Assembly: GCF_009914755.1 (NCBI RefSeq)
Contig: NC_060936.1
Length of the DNA stretch: 64,000 nt
Source of the DNA: the human T2T-CHM13v2.0 reference genome, Homo sapiens
Strand: one strand, 5' to 3'
The notes below the pieces were generated by a model. That model saw only the letters and a list, made by a program, of their open reading frames with translations. It was not told the DNA's origin and searched no databases. Both the position numbers and the translations under genes were made by a program. This document shows positions 57,332-64,000 of the stretch, piece by piece (the stretch's first letter is position 1; every line of letters starts with the position of its first letter).

Positions 57332-57703
57332 GGCTGGGACGGTGGCTCAAGCCTGTAATCCCAGCACTTTGGGAGGCCGAGGCGGGTGGATTGCTTGAGC
57401 TCAAGAATTCAAGACCAACGTGGGCAGCATAGCAAGACTCCCTACAAAAAAAATAATAATAAGATTATATATATATATATATATATGTACACACACAAAC
57501 ACGTACACAAAAAATAGCCGGGCATGGGGCTGCAGGCCTGTAGTACCAGTTACTGGGGAGGTTGAGATGGGAGGATTGATTGAGCCTAAGAAGTGGAGGC
57601 TACAGTGAGCCAAGATTGCATCACTGCATGCCAGCCTGGGCAACAGAGCAAGACCCTGTCTCAAGGGAGGAAAAAATAAAAAAATAAATAAAAATTTAAA
57701 AAA
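57332..57703 (+). mobile_element. AluJ-like with a (TA)n(CA)n expansion in the central linker
   Basis: TTGCTTGAGCTCAAG and GGGCAGCATAGCAAGAC J diagnostics; expanded linker ~57445-57512. Confidence 0.88.
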
Positions 57704-58050
57704 AGAACACTTGAAGTTACTCAGATCAGGACTCATGCAGAGAAAAGCCAACAGGAGCAACACCCCACATTAGGGGAGGAAGACACCTGGGGATTCACTG
57801 ACTTCAGTTGTGTGAATTTTACCCTATGACCTTGCTTGCTTTATGAGACAGCAGAGGTGGCCAAGGTCAATCCTACTGCTCTGTGGTGAACTCTGCTTTT
57901 CTCTCGTTACCATAGGTAAAGGGTCATGCTCCTATGTAAGCCTTCCTGTTCCCCAGTCATTTGTGCACGGGGTAGGCCATCATCTCCTGCCTATTCAAGG
58001 GAATGACTAGTCCTGTCTTCTGTATCCTCAGTCACCAACTTCTCAGTTAG

Positions 58051-58737
58051 TGTTGAACCAAGCCTATGTTCAAAACATGACTGAGACAGACCTCAATCCA
58101 TAGAGATTTATTTAGCCAAGGTCCAAGGACACATCTAGGAAAAAATACGGGATCACAGGAGCATCTGCGCCTTCTACTTTTTCCAAAGAGGGTTTTGGGA
58201 ACTTCAGTATTTAAAGGGGAAACAGCAAGCAGGTGAGGAAAAAAAGCGAGGAAGTGTAGGCAGTGACAGATGCTCACATTCTTGTGAAACTCTGTTTACC
58301 CTAGTAAATCTGCATTTTACATGTGAAAAGAGGGAGTAAAGGAAATAGTCAATAATGCATTCCTCTCAGGATAGGCCCACGTGGATTTTTAATCTTGTCC
58401 TTGCCCTGTGAAGATAAGCTGGTAACTGACATTGTCAGGGTGAGATTCAGCAGAACTCAGTTTTAGGACTAACTTACAGAGGAGCTGTGTATCCTGAAGA
58501 TTCAGCGACTGGCAAGGAATTTCCTTGGGAGCAATGTGTGAGGGAGGCCATCTGAGGAGATCTGTGGCTTTCTTTTGTTGTGGGAATCTGGCTTATGGAT
58601 GAATCTACGACACAGGATTGTGAAATTACAGCTCTTTGGGAACAAAAGGAAGGCAGTATTGCATGACTTAGTTTCCCAGCTTCACTTTCCCTTTGGCATG
58701 GTGAGTTTGGGGTCTTGAGAGTCTATTTTCTTTCACA
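58051..58737 (-). mobile_element. ERV1 LTR, MER4 family
   Basis: Reverse strand begins TGTGAAAGAAAATAGACTCTCAAGACCCCAAACTCAC...CCAAAGGGAAAG, the MER4-type 5' end, and ends ...AACA. Confidence 0.8.
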
Positions 58738-58748
58738 CCCATCAGCAC

Positions 58749-59150
58749 TGTTAAGTAAGCAGGAAGACAACCTGAGGTTGTCTCTTTACTTTGAGTTCCT
58801 ACATAATAAATTGCAGCCTAATTTAGTACATAAACCCAAACCTAATTTAGGAGTAAATTTTTTGTAGCAGATAGCCAGATTTCAGCCAATCACAGGCTTC
58901 CAGCTAACAAGACTATGCCCAAATAAGGCAAATGCCTCATCACATGATGCTCAAATAAGGCAGCCACCTAGGCGAGGCCAATCAGGTAACTTTTCTACTT
59001 TGCTTAATTGTTCAGCCTGTACAAATTTGCTGCTTATGACTGCTGAGCAGAGCTGTCTAAACCTCTTCTGGTTTGGAGTGCTGCCTTATATATGAATTGT
59101 TCTTTGGTCACATAAAATTGGTTAAATTTAACTTCTCTAAAGTTTTGTAT
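58749..59150 (+). mobile_element. ERV1 LTR, MER57 family
   Basis: TGTTAA start, AACCTAATTTAGGAGTA, AGCCAATCAC, CAAATAAGGCAAA and TTAAATTTAAC motifs. Confidence 0.7.
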
Positions 59151-60630
59151 TAAATTGTATGTAAAACATTGGTAGCACAATTTGGATTCAGATACCCAAA
59201 TATTGACTATGATAATGTAAATAATCCTTAAGCAGACTGATTTACAAAGGCCTGAACAAGTTTGATATTCTGAATATTCACTTCTTCTGATGAAAAAATT
59301 GCCAAGACCTTACAATTGGCAGGAAAAAAAATGTGTGTTGGTTAAATAAGTTATGTTAACAACAAGAACATTACCACAATTAGAAAACTCTTACTATGCC
59401 AGGCACTATTATAAACACACCTTTGTACCTTTTTTAATCCTGAAAAATTTCTAATAAATATGCATTTAATATTATTTGTATTTAATATTAAGTGTATTTA
59501 ATATTGCCCCTGTTTTGTGAATTAATGCAGCAATAAACTGGCTTGCAATGGTGATGTATTCTATAAGGCAGCCATTGTTGTCATAATGCTACATAACACT
59601 ACCCGAATCTCAGTTGCTTATAATTCAAGTACTTATTTTTCTTGTCCATAATCTGTGAATCCTGCTGAAATCAGCTAGACTTTGCTCCAGGATGAGGGAT
59701 TGGTCCAATTCTGTTCCATCTTTCCACGCATCTTTCATCAGGTTATTAGGAAAGAGTACACTTCACTGGCTGCTCTACTGGGAGGCTTTATCTCCATTAA
59801 GTGAACCACAGAGAAAAAAGAAGAGAAGAGTTTTACTTCTGTCATCTGGTGATACATTGCTTTGGTGAATACAAGAAACCACAGGATAAGCAACAGGGCT
59901 CTTTGGTAAATTCCACAGGCTCTCCTGATAGGGCAGCCAAGTCTTTTCCCAGTAGCCAGCCCTTTGCACTAAAACATGTGGATTTTATTTCTATGGATGT
60001 TGTGAGTGTGGACCTAAACTTCTCTAAGAGAACTTGTATTTCTCAAGCCTAAAGATGTATTACATTTTTTTTTGTATTTGTATTTGATCCACATAAAGAA
60101 GGGGAAAAAAATTTGTGTGTGTGGATAGCATTCCAAGAAGGAACTCTAGCCCCAGGAAAGCTGCTATTTCTGCTCTTCTCCAGCTACCTGCCAACAATTT
60201 GTCCTCAAAAGAGGCTCTTTCTGACTATTTACAGATCTGTCACTTACAGATTGGCAATTTTCATGCATTTCATTCTGCTTTGCTTTACTTCATACTGGCA
60301 TCATCTTTATCAGAAGGATATATAAATATAGATATATGGATATCGTTTGTCTTCCCTTTCTCCACATTAACATATTCCATGAGTGCAGGAAGTGAAATGG
60401 CATCTTTATTTCATTACTCTCTGGTCCATAATACATTCCCTGGCACAAAGGGAACACTTAAATACTTAACTATCAAAATAAAAAAATAAATAAAATCACT
60501 GGATATGGAACATGCTCATTATTAAATGTTTTTCTAGCACTCTACCAGAAAACTATCAGCCACTGTTCCACCACGGTGCTTTCCCTCTCTTGCTTCTTGC
60601 ACCTCCTCTGATGTTCTTCCTTTTTGTTAG

Positions 60631-60741
60631 TTCCAGTTCCACATCACAGTCACGCAAATGTAAGAGAATGGAGAATGCAGTCCTTTCTCAGCTGGGCACA
60701 AAGTAATGCTGAGTGAAACAGAAGTTGTTATTGTGGAAGAG
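60631..60741 (+). other. Candidate non-coding exon followed by a 99-bp intron (60742-60840)
   Basis: Acceptor TTCTTCCTTTTTGTTAG, donor GAG|GTAGGT; branch-like ACTCAC and acceptor TTCTCCTTTGCTTTCTAG at 60840. Confidence 0.35.
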
Positions 60742-61634
60742 GTAGGTGCCTGAACTGGGTGTCTCCTGATAACCTTTCTCCCCATTGCTCTGTGTCCCAT
60801 ATTCAGAGTAGACTCACCAAAGTTCTCCTTTGCTTTCTAGCTTCCAGTCGATTTTGAAAAATTCAGAGCATGGGCAAGACATAGCAGAAAAAGAAATTGT
60901 GATTGATTGGAGTATTTATTTTCCTGGCTTCCTCCATGTGGAGTTGCTAAAGACCGGCTGCATCTTTCAGCTGCAATCACAGCTCCTGCCTGGCAGCCTT
61001 CTCGGTCTCCAGGTTGTAGGAACCTCTTTGTCTTATCTTTCAGGCCTGTGGGTGGCAATAATGTTCTTTATTAGTACTAGCCTTAAGATTTCACCAATTA
61101 TTCCAGCTGTTTACTGGAAACCACAAAAAGCACACTGACTGACATCGCCACTACGTGTCTTTCTTTTAGGGGCATAATAAAGTAGGAAACACATTTATTG
61201 TCCTCCAGAGAGGGCCTCCAAGTCAACTCCGCATGTCTGACTTGCCCCAACCATTTTATGGAGTGCACTGAAGTGTTTTAAGGTCCTGCTTCCCTTCCAG
61301 AACAGCACCTTCCTTAGAGTGACTTCTTAGTGCTCCTCAGGCTCAAAGCCAGACCATGAAGATGTCATATTTTCCCTAAAACTGAAAGCTCCTTGAATCA
61401 AGGGAACATGGATATTTGACTCAACTGCTCTAGTCTTGTAGCAGACAAGACGCTGCTTCCAGCTACAGATCTTGAGAAGGCTGCCTCGCACCTATTTAAA
61501 ATAACATGAAAATCAGTAGCTCACATTGCAAAGCCGAAAGAAGGAAATCCTCCAACTTCAGTCACTTCAGCTGTTCAACCAAATCCTTAATACATAGGGC
61601 TCTTTTCATCTCTCTGTTCAGCTGTCCACTAGAA

Positions 61635-62129
61635 CAGCAGTCCCCAACCATTTGGCACCAGGGACTGGTTTCATGGAAGATAATTTTTCCATAGACTGGG
61701 GCAGGTTGGGGGGATGGGTTCAGGATGATTCAAGTAAATTACATTTATTGCGCACTTTATTTCTATTATTATTATATTGTAATAAATAATGAAATAAGTA
61801 TACCACTCACCGTCATATAGAATCAGTGGGAGCCCTGGTCTTGTTTTCCTGCACCTAGATGGTCCCATTTGGGAGAGATGGGATACCGTGATAGATCATC
61901 ATGCATGAAGTTCTCATAAGGAGCGTTCAACCTAGATCCCTCACATATGCAGTTAACATTCAGGTTTGTGCCTACACTGCTCTGACAGGAGGTGGAACTC
62001 AGATGGTAATGCAAGTGATGGGGAGTGGCTGTAAATACAGATAAAGCTTCACTGGCTCACCTGCTGCTTACCTCCTGCTGTGTGTGGCCCGGTTCCTAAT
62101 AGGCCACAGACCAGGGTTGGGGAGCCCTG
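61635..62129. mobile_element. MER1A (hAT-Charlie) DNA transposon
   Basis: CAGCAGTCCCCAACC...GGTTGGGGAGCCCTG TIRs; perfect 8-bp TSD CACTAGAA (61627-61634 / 62130-62137). Confidence 0.9.
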
Positions 62130-64000
62130 CACTAGAAGTTTCATTTGATCTATGTGCTCACATCATCACAGAGAGTCAAAAAGACAGAGAAATAATCATT
62201 TCCCTAATCAAAAACTGTAAGGTCCCTTCCTTTAGTCTGATTGAGGCAACTCAGGACATGTGTTTACCCTTGGATCAAACATTGTCATCAACAGGATCCT
62301 GGGTTTATGCATCTTGGAGCTGGCAATTAGGTCAGCTTTTCTGAAGTACAAGGAAAAAGAGAAGAAATCTTAAATCAAATTAATGTTCTCTTGGGAATGA
62401 GAAAGGGATTTGTATGTTTGTTTTCCAGGAGATTATTTTATTCTTTTTCTTCTCAGCATCTTGCTTCACCTTCTTTCTCTCCTAACCTGGCTCTCCCACT
62501 CTGTGGTCCATGTTTCAGGACCCCGTATCTGACCAGTTTCCAACTCATCTTCACTTGGGAGTTGGCTGTGAAGAGACAGGCAAGTCTCTTCATCAAGCAG
62601 GAGGAAAACATACAGCGGGAAGGAAATATGAAACGACCTCATTTCTAGTTTAACCCTTTGGATCTCCTTTGTACCACGTCTCCTTGGATGAGAAGAGTCT
62701 CCCTCTCATCAGCACATTAAGGAATCTACCATACAACTTCAGTCTTCAGTATTGCCAAAGACTAGTAACCTATGCTCCAAGAGTTAATGACTATAAGTGC
62801 ATCACTGAAGCCTGTAGAAAAAGGCCCTGATGCCTCCTGCCCTAATAATTTGTATGTGTTTATTTTTTTCCATTTGCAAGATAGAAAACAAACTGGTCTG
62901 GTTACAACTAACCATAGATTTGCACCAACTATTAGAAATGGATTTTTTTATCATCAGTTTTTTTTCATGTTGTGTTCATGCTCATCCCTCAGATATTTAT
63001 GTTTCAGTCTTGGGTAATTTATTTCTATTTACTTTAAATTTCCTTATGAAATAGTTTCAATTATATCACAGGTTGTTATAAATAGTTGGTGTTAAATTAT
63101 ATAGAGGTATTACATTGCTACTTAATGCCTGCATTTGATGTGGTTATTACAATGGTGAAGCTATAGATCACCGTAGCAACAAAAACAAGAATTCATAGCC
63201 TGTTTCAAACATAAGAGGCTGAAAATATTTCATAGTTATTGAAAGCTGAGGTATGAAGCAATTTAAACATTTAGCTGCTGAGTAATTGGGATCTAGAAAT
63301 ACAGCAACCTAGATACTGAATTTTTAGAAGAGTCAATATTGAATAATAGCACAGGTCATTTACTTTTAATTGTCTAGCCATCTGAATGCTTGAGCATGTG
63401 AACAGTAACTTCACCCATGTAGCTTATTTATCTATGTTTCATAAACAGGCTACCTTCTGAGAGTTAATTGTGTGAACAGGAAAAGTCACTACCTAATAAA
63501 TTGATGTTCACTTTTACTGATAAATTTCCATAAGCATTGCCCAGGGCAGTGTTATCTTTGTCTCTATGGTAACCAATGCTATAAAGAGATAAAAGAATCA
63601 AAAGAGGGAATATCACCAGTATCATACATAAAATATATGCCTAGAATTATAGGAGATACCAGAAGATTATGCATTTTGGGGGGGATTCTTGTTTGACAGG
63701 ACACATAAATCACTTGTTGCTTTACTCATTCATAGAGCTAAAAATGTGAGATAGCACCTGTGTTCTCCTGCAAATATGTGTAAGACCAATTGATGACTAT
63801 GTGCTTCGAGAAGCTTCTTTGTACCATGTCTCCCTAGATAGGACGGGCGCCCTCTCTGATCAGCATGTTAAGGAATCTACCCTAACAAAAGGTTTGAAAA
63901 AGTTGGTTGGATTGGCTACATGCATAACTCGGGATCAGTTCTCTTCATGCATCTGCTAATACTCATGGTTCCTGAAAAAGACTTGATATGCTTGCTCTTT

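Noticed and set aside
62667-62730. C/D-box snoRNA or pre-miRNA in the duplicated segment
   Set aside because: Only a partial C-box (CTGATGA) with no suitably placed D-box or terminal stem; the hairpin is 7 bp and absent from the second copy.

Overview
This is primate, very probably human, genomic DNA that is intergenic or lncRNA-type and dominated by interspersed repeats. I found no convincing host protein-coding exon; the long ORFs come from LINE-1 elements or from a tandem repeat. Main contents: (1) a full-length, TSD-flanked L1PA2-like LINE-1 on the minus strand (4998-11034) with disabled ORF1 and ORF2 but an open, extended antisense ORF0; (2) a full-length older L1PA8-like element (47676-54191, minus) nested in an L1M fossil; (3) a twin-primed, 5'-inverted L1PA15/16-like insertion (45399-46060); (4) about 15 Alus, several MaLR, ERVL and ERV1 solo LTRs, Tigger2a and MER1A DNA transposons, and L2/MIR fossils; (5) a ~1.9-kb purine/G-rich 14-mer minisatellite (33922-35824) with higher-order structure, G-quadruplex potential and stop-free minus-strand frames; (6) a CpG-island promoter (~56350-57250) with three NRF1-like motifs, GC boxes, a CCAAT box, a 49-codon ORF and downstream exon-like segments, suggesting a spliced non-coding transcript that I cannot name. 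Repeat subfamily calls come from recalled consensus features, not from a database search, and boundaries of old elements are approximate. I see no clear evidence of a wholly new biological system. The minisatellite, the CpG-island transcript and the duplicated exon-like segment at 62.7/63.8 kb are the best leads.
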